This document shows, piece after piece, positions 9,123 through 18,432 of a DNA stretch of 59,099 bases. The notes under the pieces are model-generated. The model made no database searches. It saw only the letters and a program-made list of their open reading frames with translations, and was not told where the DNA came from. The first letter of the stretch is position 1. Each line of letters starts with the position of its first letter. The DNA is from Candidatus Nomurabacteria bacterium. GTDB taxonomy: Bacteria; Patescibacteriota; Minisyncoccia; Phycocordibacterales; UBA9973. The DNA is taken from NCBI GenBank assembly GCA_943348755.1, contig CALQYS010000004.1, positions 1 to 59,099 of the forward strand. The letters run 5' to 3'. The translations under genes were made by a program, and so were the position numbers.

Positions 9123-10487
9123 ATGGAACCAATGAATCCGAAACAACTTTGGAAAAATTGTCTGGCCGAAATCGAGACGGGTATATCAAAGGCAAATTTT
9201 AGTACTTGGTTTAAAAATACATCTATTATAAAGGAGGATACGGGTATTATCTATATTGGTGTACCTAATGAATTCGTTCGTGACTGGCTTATAAATAAAT
9301 ATCATAAACTTATTACAAAAACTATTGCTGATGCATATGAAAATATGCGTGCGGTAGAGTACACCATCACTAAAACAGAGGATGCAGCCGAACCTGAGAG
9401 GGAAGAAACGCCTACAACTAACGCAACATACGTAAACAAGGAGCTGCCATTAAAAGATCTGTATATAAACCCTGAGGACAACCTAAATCCACGCTACCAT
9501 TTTAATTCTTTCATCGTCGGAGCTTTCAATGAACTTGCTTATGCAGCATCGCAAGCAATAATAGACAGCCCTGGGACCAAATACAACCCATTTTTTATCT
9601 ATGGGGGCACTGGACTTGGTAAGACTCATTTAATCCAGGCAGTGGGAAACACAATTAAAGATAGATACCCAAATAAAAAAGTTCACTACATGACTCTGGA
9701 GAAATTTGCTACTGATTTTATCAGCTCACTACAAAGCAACAAGGCCAACTCTTTTAAAGAAAAATACCGCAAGTATGATCTTTTAATCATAGATGATATA
9801 CAATTCATCGGAAAAATGGAAAAGATCCAGGAAGAGCTTTTCCACACTTTCAACACCTTTCATGAAAACAACAAACAGATTATTTTTTCTTCTGATAAAC
9901 ACCCTAACTATATTCCGGAGTTGGCAGATCGTTTAAAATCACGTTTTGCTGCCGGAATGATAGTGGACATATCTCAACCAGAATACGAGTCCCGACTCGC
10001 AATTTTAAAGGTGAAATTAAGAGAGCTTAATATTGACCTAGATCCAGAAATAGTCGAGTATATCGCTTCGGCCGTAGATGGCAACATAAGGGAGCTTGAA
10101 GGAAGTTTAAACATCATAGTTTGCCAATATCGTTTGAAAAATAAGCCTTTAACACTGGCCGAGGTTAAAAACCTACTCAAAAATAACATGCGACCAAAGA
10201 AGAACATGGCGATAAAAGATATTGTAAAGATAGTAAGTGAACATTATAAGTTAGAAGAGGCTTCAGTGTATGAAAAAACAAGGAAAAAGGAGATAGTGAG
10301 GGCAAGACAAGTCGTGATGTACCTGCTCCGAGAGGATTTCAATGTATCCTACCCACTGATTGGGCAAAAACTAGGTGGAAAAGATCATACAACAGTCATA
10401 CATTCATGTTTGAAGATTAAAAACGATCTGAAAAACGACCCACAACTTTTACAAGAATTAGAGCAAATAAGAATTATGTTCAAGTAA
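9123..10487 (+). CDS. dnaA: chromosomal replication initiator DnaA
   Basis: AAA+ Walker A GGTGLGKTHL, Walker B LLIIDDIQF, and the C-terminal DNA-binding region KDHTTVIHS. Confidence 0.95.
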   Translation: MEPMNPKQLWKNCLAEIETGISKANFSTWFKNTSIIKEDTGIIYIGVPNEFVRDWLINKYHKLITKTIADAYENMRAVEYTITKTEDAAEPEREETPTTNATYVNKELPLKDLYINPEDNLNPRYHFNSFIVGAFNELAYAASQAIIDSPGTKYNPFFIYGGTGLGKTHLIQAVGNTIKDRYPNKKVHYMTLEKFATDFISSLQSNKANSFKEKYRKYDLLIIDDIQFIGKMEKIQEELFHTFNTFHENNKQIIFSSDKHPNYIPELADRLKSRFAAGMIVDISQPEYESRLAILKVKLRELNIDLDPEIVEYIASAVDGNIRELEGSLNIIVCQYRLKNKPLTLAEVKNLLKNNMRPKKNMAIKDIVKIVSEHYKLEEASVYEKTRKKEIVRARQVVMYLLREDFNVSYPLIGQKLGGKDHTTVIHSCLKIKNDLKNDPQLLQELEQIRIMFK

Positions 10488-10557
10488 TTAAAAGTTGTTA
10501 GACTTAAACCAGAAAATAAAAACAGGAAATGCCTTTATAAATCAAATATAAAAAAAG

Positions 10558-10574
10558 TTATACACTTATCAACA
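10558..10574. promoter_or_regulatory. two abutting DnaA-box-like 9-mers (TTATACACT, TTATCAACA) in the dnaA-dnaN spacer
   Basis: Seen directly in the sequence. AT-rich flanks, candidate oriC. Confidence 0.4.
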
Positions 10575-10616
10575 GACTTAGTAGTATTAATAAATTTAAA
10601 AATAAAAAATATAAAC

Positions 10617-11714
10617 ATGAAACTAGAATGCAAGGTGGAAGAAATTAAAAACAAAATTTCCCAAGTAGAAAGGATAACTGGTAAAAATCTTACCTTACCG
10701 ATTTTAAACTCTGTTCTTTTGATTGCTTCTGGTAAGTCATTAAAACTTAGATCTACCAATTTAAGTTTGGGTATTGAGGTGGAAATTCCTGCTAAAATAG
10801 AAAAAGAGGGTATTGTCGCTATTTCTGGATCAGTGTTGGGTGGCGTTTTTTCTAATGTTTTTCAGAATGAAAATGTGTTTCTTGAAAGTGTGGAGGGAAA
10901 TTTGGTAATTCAAACCAAAAAAAGTAAAATAAAATTAAAAGGACAACCACACGATGACTTCCCAACAATACCAAGAGTTTCTGGTACTAGTTTTGAGATA
11001 GAATCAAAAAAAATAATAGATGGTATAAAATCAGTCTATTATAGTTCGTCACCATCTGATATTAAACCTGAGATTTCAAGTGTTTTTATGTATACTAACG
11101 ATGACAATTTAGTGTTTGTTTCTACTGATTCTTTTAGATTAGCTGAGAAAAAAATAAGAACAAAAGGACTTCCAGAAATTACTGGGATACTTATTCCATT
11201 TAAAAACATTTCAGAAATTTTAAGAGTGTTTGGAGAATCTCCTTCCAGTATAAAAGTCTGTTTTAATAAAAACCAAATCTCCTTTTCGTCAGACGACACA
11301 TATCTGACTTCACGGGTAATAGACGGCGTTTTTCCAGATTATCGACAAATAATGCCAAAAACTTTGGGTACTAGTGCTATTGTCCTAAAGCAGGATTTAC
11401 TGAACGCACTCAAGCTTTCTAATATATTCTCAGATAAATTTAATCAAGTAAATTTAAGAATTTCACCAAAAGAAAAACTTTTTGAACTTTCTTCTACCCA
11501 CAATGATATTGGAGAAAATAAAACACATGTAGATGCTGCTCTAACTGGGGAAAACATCGAACTTAGTTTTAACTACAAATATTTTTTAGACTGTTTCCAA
11601 TCCATTATCACCGACAGCATGTCTATAAAGTTCTCTGGAGCCTCTAGCCCAATCATGATATCCGCAGTTGGGGATACTTCATTTACATATCTTATTATGC
11701 CGATGAACCGATAG
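10617..11714 (+). CDS. dnaN: DNA polymerase III beta sliding clamp
   Basis: 365 aa, directly after dnaA. C-terminal motif YLIMPM. Confidence 0.9.
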   Translation: MKLECKVEEIKNKISQVERITGKNLTLPILNSVLLIASGKSLKLRSTNLSLGIEVEIPAKIEKEGIVAISGSVLGGVFSNVFQNENVFLESVEGNLVIQTKKSKIKLKGQPHDDFPTIPRVSGTSFEIESKKIIDGIKSVYYSSSPSDIKPEISSVFMYTNDDNLVFVSTDSFRLAEKKIRTKGLPEITGILIPFKNISEILRVFGESPSSIKVCFNKNQISFSSDDTYLTSRVIDGVFPDYRQIMPKTLGTSAIVLKQDLLNALKLSNIFSDKFNQVNLRISPKEKLFELSSTHNDIGENKTHVDAALTGENIELSFNYKYFLDCFQSIITDSMSIKFSGASSPIMISAVGDTSFTYLIMPMNR

Positions 11715-11721
11715 ATAATTA

Positions 11722-14235
11722 CTACCGCACCTTAAACATGGTGTGTGTTTCACTTTTATTATAAACACTATCGTAAACCACGATTTTTAATTCATTATCT
11801 GTTTGTAGATTAACTAAAGAAGAAGGTATAAAAGAAAAGACGAAGGGAGTCTGAGAGCTTCCCACATAGTTTTCATTTATAAAGATATCCATTTTAAGTA
11901 AAGGATAAGGTCCGGAACTAGAAACCTTTAAGTTAATTTTTTGATTTGGTGAATATATTGTACCTGAGTTTGGTTCACTAATTGAAACAACTGGTTTTGA
12001 TAATTCAGTATGAATATCATCTATCAAAACCGGCTTGTCATTTGAGGTTATTATTCCGTATCTTGCACTATTTTGTGCCCACCAAGCCTGTATCGGTGTT
12101 TCCCAGTGGTCAAATTGTGAATCATTGGATGGGTTTAAGGGAATTGTCCCTGTTGGATCATTTTTGTCTACCCAATATAGGATTGAGTGCACGTTTGTCA
12201 CCACTTTTTCCACCGTTGTTTCTTTTGGGGTATTGGCAGTTGCTAATTTACCGGAAATTTTGTCAACGAAAAAGTTTTCATTGCCTTGCCAAAATCCACG
12301 AAGTGCTGGTTTTACTAATTTAGGATCAGTATCTAAATTAGGCTTCTCAAATCTTTCATCTGGTAAAGTTTTCAACGCTTCGTTTATAAATTTATTCCAA
12401 ATTGGTCCTGCCACAGCTGCTCCACCCTTTTTCATTGGTGTGTTTTCGTTATTACCAGCCCAAACTCCCACCACTAATGATGGAGTGTAGCCAATAGTCC
12501 AAGCATCTTTGTTATTGTTAGTTGTACCTGTTTTTACAGCCACGTCTTTCCCAGGTATATAGAGAACCGAATGCGTGCCGAAGGTAGGTTGTCGGGCTTT
12601 TTCATCGGATAAGATGTCTGTTATGGTTAAAGCCGTGTTTTTAGATAAAACTTCTTGAGAATTCTGGTTAAATTCTTCTAAAACCTTTCCACTAGAGTCT
12701 TCCACCTTTAGAATTCCAGTATATGGATTTCTTATACCATCATTCGCAAAAACTCCATAAGCTGAGGTCATGTCAAGCAAAGATACTTCTCCACCTCCTA
12801 TAACAAGAGTAAGCCCGTATTGATTACTATCCCCCAAGGTGCTTATACCCATGTCTTCCGCAGTTTTCAGTGAATTTGGCAATCCAGCTAAATAGAAAAG
12901 TTTTACTGCTGGAATGTTGATAGATTGTGCAAGAGCATCCCGTAATGACATTGGTCCGCGATATTTTCCATCATAGTCGTCCGGCATGTAGCAATCTTTT
13001 TGGTCGTGCCCAGGCAGGGCCTTGCCAGAAGCGTCACAGGTCGTTTGGAACTCGGTAGGCAGGTCGAAGAGCACTGTGTCGGGGGTAAAGCCCTTATTGA
13101 AGGCTGTAGCGTAAATAAATGGCTTAAAAGACGAACCCGGTTGCCTAGAAGCCGTCGCTATATTGAAATTCCCATCTATTTTTTTGTCAAAATAATCTCT
13201 TGAGCCCACCATTGTTAAAATTTGTCCTGTTTTTGGGTCTATTACTACCAAACTGGCATTCTTGCCGTCCCAGTCTTTTTCATTTTGTAACGCACCATCT
13301 TTTACAATTTGCTCTCCTTTTGTTTGCAGGTCATAATCTAGCGTAGTGGTGACTTTTAACCCTCCTCTCGTCACCATCTCACTACCATATTTTTGTTCAA
13401 GATAATCTTTAATGAAAAAAACAAAATGTGGCGCTTTAATTCCTGTGGTTGTCTGGGGAATAAAATTAACTATCTCTTCTTTTGCCTTTTTATAATCATC
13501 CTTGGAGATAAATTTGAGTTCTAGCATTCTAGAAAGTACTAAATTTTTCCTAGTCTCTAATTTGTCTTTATTTTTTCCGTATGGTGAGAGGGTGGTTGGG
13601 GATTGTGGGATCGCAGCCAAGTAAGCAGCCTCAGCCAATGTCAGATCAGCCGCATCTTTCTCAAAATAAGTTCTGCTGGCTTGTTCTATGCCATATATAT
13701 TACCCCCGTATGGATTTTCATTTAAGTAATATTCCAAGATTTTTTCTTTAGACATGGAGTTGTCTATTTTGATTGCGAGTACCCACTCCTTTATTTTTCT
13801 GGTGTAAGATTTTTCTTGTGTTAAAAGCGTGTTTTTAACTAATTGTTGAGTTATAGTTGAACCACCTTGTGTTTTACTACTACCAAAAAAATTTGAGAAG
13901 ATGGCTCGTACGATAGAAGTGAGTCTTATGCCCCCATGATTATAAAATTCCGAGTCTTCGATAGCTACTGTGGCGTTTTTTATATTTGCCCCCATTTCTT
14001 CAAAGGGTATGTAGGTTCTTTTGGTGTTTTGATGTATGTCGTAAAGCAAAACTTGCCCTGTTTTATCATAGATCTTTGTTGAGTTGGCGATTTTCCTATC
14101 TTCAAAAGAATGAAAATCCGGTATTTTGAAAGAAGAAAACCATATTAAAATCATTCCGGCAATTAGGGTAAAAATACCGGCGCATAACAAAGTCAAATTC
14201 TTCCATAGTCTCTTGTTCTTAAGAAATCCTTTCAT
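11722..14235 (-). CDS. ponA: class A penicillin-binding protein (transglycosylase/transpeptidase) with a long C-terminal extension
   Basis: GT51 motifs EDSEFYNHGGI and GGSTITQQL. Transpeptidase motifs SSFKP, SIN, KTGTT. Start set at the internal Met (MKGFLKNKRL). Confidence 0.85.
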   Translation of the reverse strand: MKGFLKNKRLWKNLTLLCAGIFTLIAGMILIWFSSFKIPDFHSFEDRKIANSTKIYDKTGQVLLYDIHQNTKRTYIPFEEMGANIKNATVAIEDSEFYNHGGIRLTSIVRAIFSNFFGSSKTQGGSTITQQLVKNTLLTQEKSYTRKIKEWVLAIKIDNSMSKEKILEYYLNENPYGGNIYGIEQASRTYFEKDAADLTLAEAAYLAAIPQSPTTLSPYGKNKDKLETRKNLVLSRMLELKFISKDDYKKAKEEIVNFIPQTTTGIKAPHFVFFIKDYLEQKYGSEMVTRGGLKVTTTLDYDLQTKGEQIVKDGALQNEKDWDGKNASLVVIDPKTGQILTMVGSRDYFDKKIDGNFNIATASRQPGSSFKPFIYATAFNKGFTPDTVLFDLPTEFQTTCDASGKALPGHDQKDCYMPDDYDGKYRGPMSLRDALAQSINIPAVKLFYLAGLPNSLKTAEDMGISTLGDSNQYGLTLVIGGGEVSLLDMTSAYGVFANDGIRNPYTGILKVEDSSGKVLEEFNQNSQEVLSKNTALTITDILSDEKARQPTFGTHSVLYIPGKDVAVKTGTTNNNKDAWTIGYTPSLVVGVWAGNNENTPMKKGGAAVAGPIWNKFINEALKTLPDERFEKPNLDTDPKLVKPALRGFWQGNENFFVDKISGKLATANTPKETTVEKVVTNVHSILYWVDKNDPTGTIPLNPSNDSQFDHWETPIQAWWAQNSARYGIITSNDKPVLIDDIHTELSKPVVSISEPNSGTIYSPNQKINLKVSSSGPYPLLKMDIFINENYVGSSQTPFVFSFIPSSLVNLQTDNELKIVVYDSVYNKSETHTMFKVR

Positions 14236-14330
14236 TGCTCGAATTATAACAACAAACGAGAAGCACAAACAAGTTAAACTCGCTTAGTATTTTACTTATC
14301 TTGATATATAATGGCGTTCTGGTGGTGTGT

Positions 14331-14359
14331 TTGACTTTTTTTGGTCTCTAGAATATACT
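14331..14359 (+). promoter_or_regulatory. sigma70-like promoter TTGACT-N17-TATACT upstream of tyrS
   Basis: Hexamers at 14331-14336 and 14354-14359 with a 17-bp spacer. Confidence 0.5.
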
Positions 14360-14441
14360 AATTTTAATTAAGTATGATTAAGAAAGACCGCAAATCCAAT
14401 CGAGAAATATCAAGTAACTCTTCTGAGTATTATTACTATAG

Positions 14442-14526
14442 CCACCCGGTGGATGGTTTTCTTTTTGCTAATTAACTCATTGAAATAAAGCAAAACAAGA
14501 ACCATCCACTGGGTGGTTTTTGTTTT
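14442..14526 (+). promoter_or_regulatory. leader attenuator: 17-bp stem hairpin plus U-tract between the promoter and the tyrS start (T-box-like position)
   Basis: CCACCCGGTGGATGGTT pairs with AACCATCCACTGGGTGG (one G-U), followed by TTTTTGTTTT. Confidence 0.45.
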
Positions 14527-14546
14527 ATTAAACACTTTAAAACTTT

Positions 14547-15971
14547 ATGAAAACACAAATAATAAATAGAAAAAACGAAGACGAAGGAAAAATAGATGAA
14601 TTACTAGACCGCGGAGTCGAAAAAGTTTATCCCTCTAAAGACATTTTAAAGAAAGTGTTACTTTCTGGTAAAAAGTTACGACTCTATCAAGGTTTTGATC
14701 CAACAGGAACCAAACTACACATTGGTCACATGGTTGGTTTACGCAAACTTGCCCAATTCCAGAAACTAGGGCACCATGTTATTTTCGTTATTGGTGATGG
14801 CACGGGACAAGCTGGTGATCCTTCCGGGAAAACCAAGAGCCGGCATCATTTACAATCTTTAACTCTAAGTACCCACAGCGATGAGCCCGGTGTTTTGCGA
14901 AGAATGCTGGAATCTTTTGGAAAAGAAGGTATTAACTTGGAATCTATCAAGTCTGAAAAAGTGGGAGAAGACGTTAAATTCAAAATTAAAATTGACGAGC
15001 ATAAATATAAACCGGAATTAATTTCTAAGGTGGTACACAGCTTAGTCAGCCAAGGTTTCTTTACTAATCAACAACTTAGGCAAAATGCTGAGAGCTATAT
15101 AGAACAAGCATCCAAAATTCTCGACTTTAAGGGTAAAAACAAAGTAGAGATTTTATATAACGGTGATTGGTTGAATAAACTCACCTTAATTGATATTTTA
15201 GAAATTGCTCAGCACTTTTCCGTTCAGCAATTAATCGAAAGAGATATGTTCCAGGAACGCCTGAAAACAGGTGAATCCATAAATCTTCGTGAATTTTTAT
15301 ATCCACTTCTCCAAGGATATGATTCTGTGGCTATGGATGTCGATCTAGAACTGGGTGGAACGGACCAAACCTTTAACATGCTTGCTGGACGCACCCTCAT
15401 GAAAGGAATGAAAAATAAAGAAAAGTTTGTGATGACTACGCCTCTATTATCTGATTCTAGGGGAGTCAAAATTGGTAAAAGTGAAGGCAACTTAATTGGA
15501 TTGACTGACGCTCCAAGCGATCTCTTCGGCAAGATTATGTCCTTGGGGGATGATGCCATCATTCCTATTTTCACGCTTTTGACTGATATTCCTACCCAAG
15601 AAATAGCCAAGTTTGATCTTAAAAAAGATGCGATGAATCTTAAGAAAAGAGCTGCTTCTTTAGTAATTGAACAACTTCATGGTAAAACAGCCAGCAAGGA
15701 GGCTGAAGAAGATTTTTCCAATATTTTCCAAAATAAAAAGATTCCAGAAATAATTGAGGAATTAAGAGCCAACGAAAAAGAATTATTGAGTGAAGTTTTA
15801 ATAAAAAATAAATTTCTCTCTTCAAAGAGTGAATGGAAAAGACTAGTTTTGGGTAATGCCGTTCGGGATTTATCTGAAAATAAAACTATAACTGACGTTG
15901 ACTTCAAGATCTCAGGAGACCTAACTCTCAAAATAGGCAAGAAAAAATTTATCAAAGTTTTATCAAAGTAA
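14547..15971 (+). CDS. tyrS: tyrosyl-tRNA synthetase with an inserted ACT-like domain
   Basis: HIGH motif (LHIGH), KMSKS-like KIGKS, GDPSGK, and a C-terminal S4-like domain. About 72 extra residues follow GDPSGKTKSR. Confidence 0.9.
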   Translation: MKTQIINRKNEDEGKIDELLDRGVEKVYPSKDILKKVLLSGKKLRLYQGFDPTGTKLHIGHMVGLRKLAQFQKLGHHVIFVIGDGTGQAGDPSGKTKSRHHLQSLTLSTHSDEPGVLRRMLESFGKEGINLESIKSEKVGEDVKFKIKIDEHKYKPELISKVVHSLVSQGFFTNQQLRQNAESYIEQASKILDFKGKNKVEILYNGDWLNKLTLIDILEIAQHFSVQQLIERDMFQERLKTGESINLREFLYPLLQGYDSVAMDVDLELGGTDQTFNMLAGRTLMKGMKNKEKFVMTTPLLSDSRGVKIGKSEGNLIGLTDAPSDLFGKIMSLGDDAIIPIFTLLTDIPTQEIAKFDLKKDAMNLKKRAASLVIEQLHGKTASKEAEEDFSNIFQNKKIPEIIEELRANEKELLSEVLIKNKFLSSKSEWKRLVLGNAVRDLSENKTITDVDFKISGDLTLKIGKKKFIKVLSK

Positions 15972-15980
15972 AAAACAAAA

Positions 15981-16005
15981 CACCCCCGTCGGGGGTGTTT
16001 TGTTT
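15981..16005 (+). terminator. intrinsic terminator after tyrS
   Basis: CACCCCC-GTC-GGGGGTG followed by a T-run. Confidence 0.7.
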
Positions 16006-16144
16006 AATGAAACCTGTTTTCTGGATCACTATCGTCATCATCATTTGGGAAGTCCACTGGCATGTCTTCTGGCTCTAGGGGATCATCTTCATCACCCCCA
16101 ACCTTAAAACCACCCTCTACTTCTTCCTCTTCATCGTAACTCAT
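16004..16144 (-). CDS. possible small acidic protein (46 aa)
   Basis: Hand translation MSYDEEEEVEGGFKVGGDEDDPLEPEDMPVDFPNDDDDSDPENRFH. No homology recognised. Confidence 0.25.
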   Translation of the reverse strand: MSYDEEEEVEGGFKVGGDEDDPLEPEDMPVDFPNDDDDSDPENRFH

Positions 16145-16342
16145 GTAAATAAAATTATTTTTTTAAACTTTATTAAGCGACCTACTGCTTATTACGACTA
16201 GCGAGGATCATGTGAACGAGTACTCTCGTTCACGATGTCCGAGTCGACGTCGTATCAAAAGGTTCGATACCTTTTATTGCCTCTTTTGTACCAAAATCTA
16301 AAAAGCTTCGCAATAGCCGAAAGACTTCTGGTGTGGATAAGT

Positions 16343-16822
16343 CTAAGAACGTATATGAGCAAAGGCTGTAAGTGCGATAGCTATAGCATCTAATTCATCA
16401 TCTGACTTCTTCGAGCTGTCTACATCTACCAATATTTTCACCATTTTAATCATTTGTTCTTTGTTGGCTCTTCCATAACCGGTAGTTGCTATCTTGATCT
16501 GCGGCGGGGAAGCTTCAAATACCTTGAGTCCAGCCTGCGCTGCCTCATATATAACCACACCACGTGCCTCGGCCACACGCATAACCGTTTTTTGATTCGT
16601 ATTTAAGAATAGAGTCTCAATGGAAAGGATTTCTGGCCGGTACTCTTTTATTATTCTTTGTATTTCTTCACCGATCAAGTTCAACCTTTCTGCAAAATCT
16701 AATTTTGCAGATGTTTTAAAACACTCAGAGAAAATTACACGCTCTTTCTCACCACTTTTATTCTTTTCTAGTATTGCAACCCCCAATCTTTCAAACCCGG
16801 GATCTATGCCCAATATTCTCAT
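16343..16822 (-). CDS. ruvC: Holliday junction resolvase RuvC
   Basis: MRILGIDPG N-terminus. 159 aa. Confidence 0.9.
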   Translation of the reverse strand: MRILGIDPGFERLGVAILEKNKSGEKERVIFSECFKTSAKLDFAERLNLIGEEIQRIIKEYRPEILSIETLFLNTNQKTVMRVAEARGVVIYEAAQAGLKVFEASPPQIKIATTGYGRANKEQMIKMVKILVDVDSSKKSDDELDAIAIALTAFAHIRS

Positions 16823-16988
16823 ACCGAAAGTTTACCATTTCTAAATATACTTATACACATAAACAAATTGACGTATGCGTATATAGGTTTATCATTTAAT
16901 TAAGCTGGCCTTGTAAGGGACAGTCCAAACATATCAAGGGGTTCATGTGCATCCAAGTGTATGTGATGCTCACAGGAGGGTGTTAACT

Positions 16989-17017
16989 CCTGGGGGCCCT
17001 TTTCAAGGGCCCCCAGG
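16989..17017. other. strong GC hairpin inside a GC-rich structured ruvB-ruvC intergenic island
   Basis: CCTGGGGGCCC-TTTTCAA-GGGCCCCCAGG. Flanking short hairpins lie between about 16900 and 17060. Confidence 0.3.
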
Positions 17018-17094
17018 CTTCCCAATCAAAGTCCGTTAAGACTTTCAATGAAAGAGCACTGGCGGCTTTTTCTATTTGTCTTTTTTATAAAAAT

Positions 17095-18135
17095 CTAGAG
17101 CAATTTCTCTTGCTTTTCTTTAAAATCGAAGTCTAGATGATCGTAAGCTTTTTTTGTCGCCACGCGGCCGCGGGCTGTGCGTTCGAGGAGTCCGAGCTGG
17201 AGCAAGTAGGGCTCGATGACTTCTTCTACTGTAGCTTCTTCTTCAGACATTGCCGCTGCCATCGTTTTGAGCCCCACCGGTCCGCCGTTAAATTTTTCAA
17301 TAAGTATTTCTAAGAATTTTCTATCAGAGGCATTTAGGCCGATGTCATCTACTGCGAGCATGTCAAGCGCTTCTCGCACTACTTTTTTATCCAAACTTTT
17401 TTTATTATCCTTTTTATTTACTTGTGCAAAGTCGCGAGCCCTTTTTAAAAAGTAGTTTGCCGTGCGGGGAGTGAATCGGCTTCTCTTGGCTATCTCTGCT
17501 AATGCTTCAGACTCGAGGGTTATGTCTAAAAGTTTCCCTGATCTCTCGATGATTTTTGCTATTTCTTCATTTGAATAAAATTCCAGACGAAAGACTCCGC
17601 CAGAGAATCGGGAGCGAAGGGGAGAGGAAATAAGGGCGACGCGCGTAGTGGCAGCGATGAGTGTAAAAGGTGGCAGATCTAATTGAATGGTCCGAGCTGA
17701 AGGACCTTTGCCTATGATGATGTCTAAAACACCGGACTCCATGGCGGGGTAGAGTATTTCTTCCACCATTTTGTTTAGTCTATGTATTTCGTCTATGAAA
17801 AGTATGTCGCCCGCGGCCAAATTGGTCAAAATAGACGCCAAATCACCCACTTTTTCAATCGCAGGACCCGAAGTTATCTTCATCTGCCTGCCTGTCTCTT
17901 TGGCGATGAGGTGGGCGAGAGTAGTTTTGCCTAATCCAGGGGGACCATAAAAAAGGATGTGTTCCGGGATGTGCCCGCGTTCTTCCGCTGCCCTTAAGAG
18001 GATTTTAACGTTGTCTTTTATGTGTTTTTGGCCGATATACTCATCCCAGCGGGTAGGACGCAGGGTCTGGTCTAGGACTACATCTTCAGATTTTTTTACC
18101 CCGCCTTGGCGTGGGTCTTTGGTTTCTTTGGGCAT
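17095..18135 (-). CDS. ruvB: Holliday junction branch migration ATPase RuvB
   Basis: Walker A GPPGLGKTT and Walker B LFIDEIHR. Confidence 0.95.
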   Translation of the reverse strand: MPKETKDPRQGGVKKSEDVVLDQTLRPTRWDEYIGQKHIKDNVKILLRAAEERGHIPEHILFYGPPGLGKTTLAHLIAKETGRQMKITSGPAIEKVGDLASILTNLAAGDILFIDEIHRLNKMVEEILYPAMESGVLDIIIGKGPSARTIQLDLPPFTLIAATTRVALISSPLRSRFSGGVFRLEFYSNEEIAKIIERSGKLLDITLESEALAEIAKRSRFTPRTANYFLKRARDFAQVNKKDNKKSLDKKVVREALDMLAVDDIGLNASDRKFLEILIEKFNGGPVGLKTMAAAMSEEEATVEEVIEPYLLQLGLLERTARGRVATKKAYDHLDFDFKEKQEKLL

Positions 18136-18142
18136 ATTTCGC

Positions 18143-18171
18143 TTGACTTTGATTTAATAATATGCTATACT
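18143..18171 (+). promoter_or_regulatory. sigma70-like promoter TTGACT-N17-TATACT upstream of the lysine operon leader
   Basis: Same hexamers and spacing as the tyrS promoter. Confidence 0.5.
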
Positions 18172-18254
18172 AGCGAAGTAGTGCATTTATTAACAGGCTA
18201 TGCACATAGCTATACACATTATAGCATTTGGTTTGTTTTCTTTATAGTAAAATA

Positions 18255-18432
18255 GTTTTAGAGGTTTTTGATCAAGAAGGCATTAATCTCTAAGCAATCA
18301 GCCACCGGTTATACGGATTTGCATAGGACGTTCTGGCGCTTTAATTAGTTGCTGGTGCTATCCTCTAATAATTTGTTACTCTTGGAGCCCAGCTTCAAAA
18401 GGATTGTTTAGAGATTAGTGCTTTTTTCTTTT
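18255..18432 (+). promoter_or_regulatory. structured 5' leader with a terminator-like element upstream of lysA (candidate riboswitch/attenuator, class unassigned)
   Basis: Two TAGAG and two CTCTA segments allow mutually exclusive pairings. GCATTAATCTCTA (18280-18292) pairs with TAGAGATTAGTGC (18409-18421), followed by TTTTTTCTTTT. Confidence 0.35.

Noticed and set aside
11982-13203. Several 67-151-aa plus-strand ORFs antisense to the PBP1A gene, and similar antisense ORFs in other long genes
   Set aside because: They lie entirely within well-supported conserved genes on the other strand, and no motifs were seen.
16146-16342. Possible ncRNA between the small acidic ORF and ruvC (hairpins CATGTGAACGAG/CTCGTTCACGATG and AAAAGGT..ACCTTTT)
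   Set aside because: The hairpins are adequately explained as a ruvC terminator plus a spacer. No recognisable RNA family motif was found.
18255-18370. Canonical lysine (L-box) riboswitch call for the lysA leader
   Set aside because: A P1-like AGAGG/CCTCT pairing and the genomic context fit. However, the enclosed segment is only approx 110 nt, and I could not find the conserved L-box core motifs. It is kept only as an unclassified regulatory leader.
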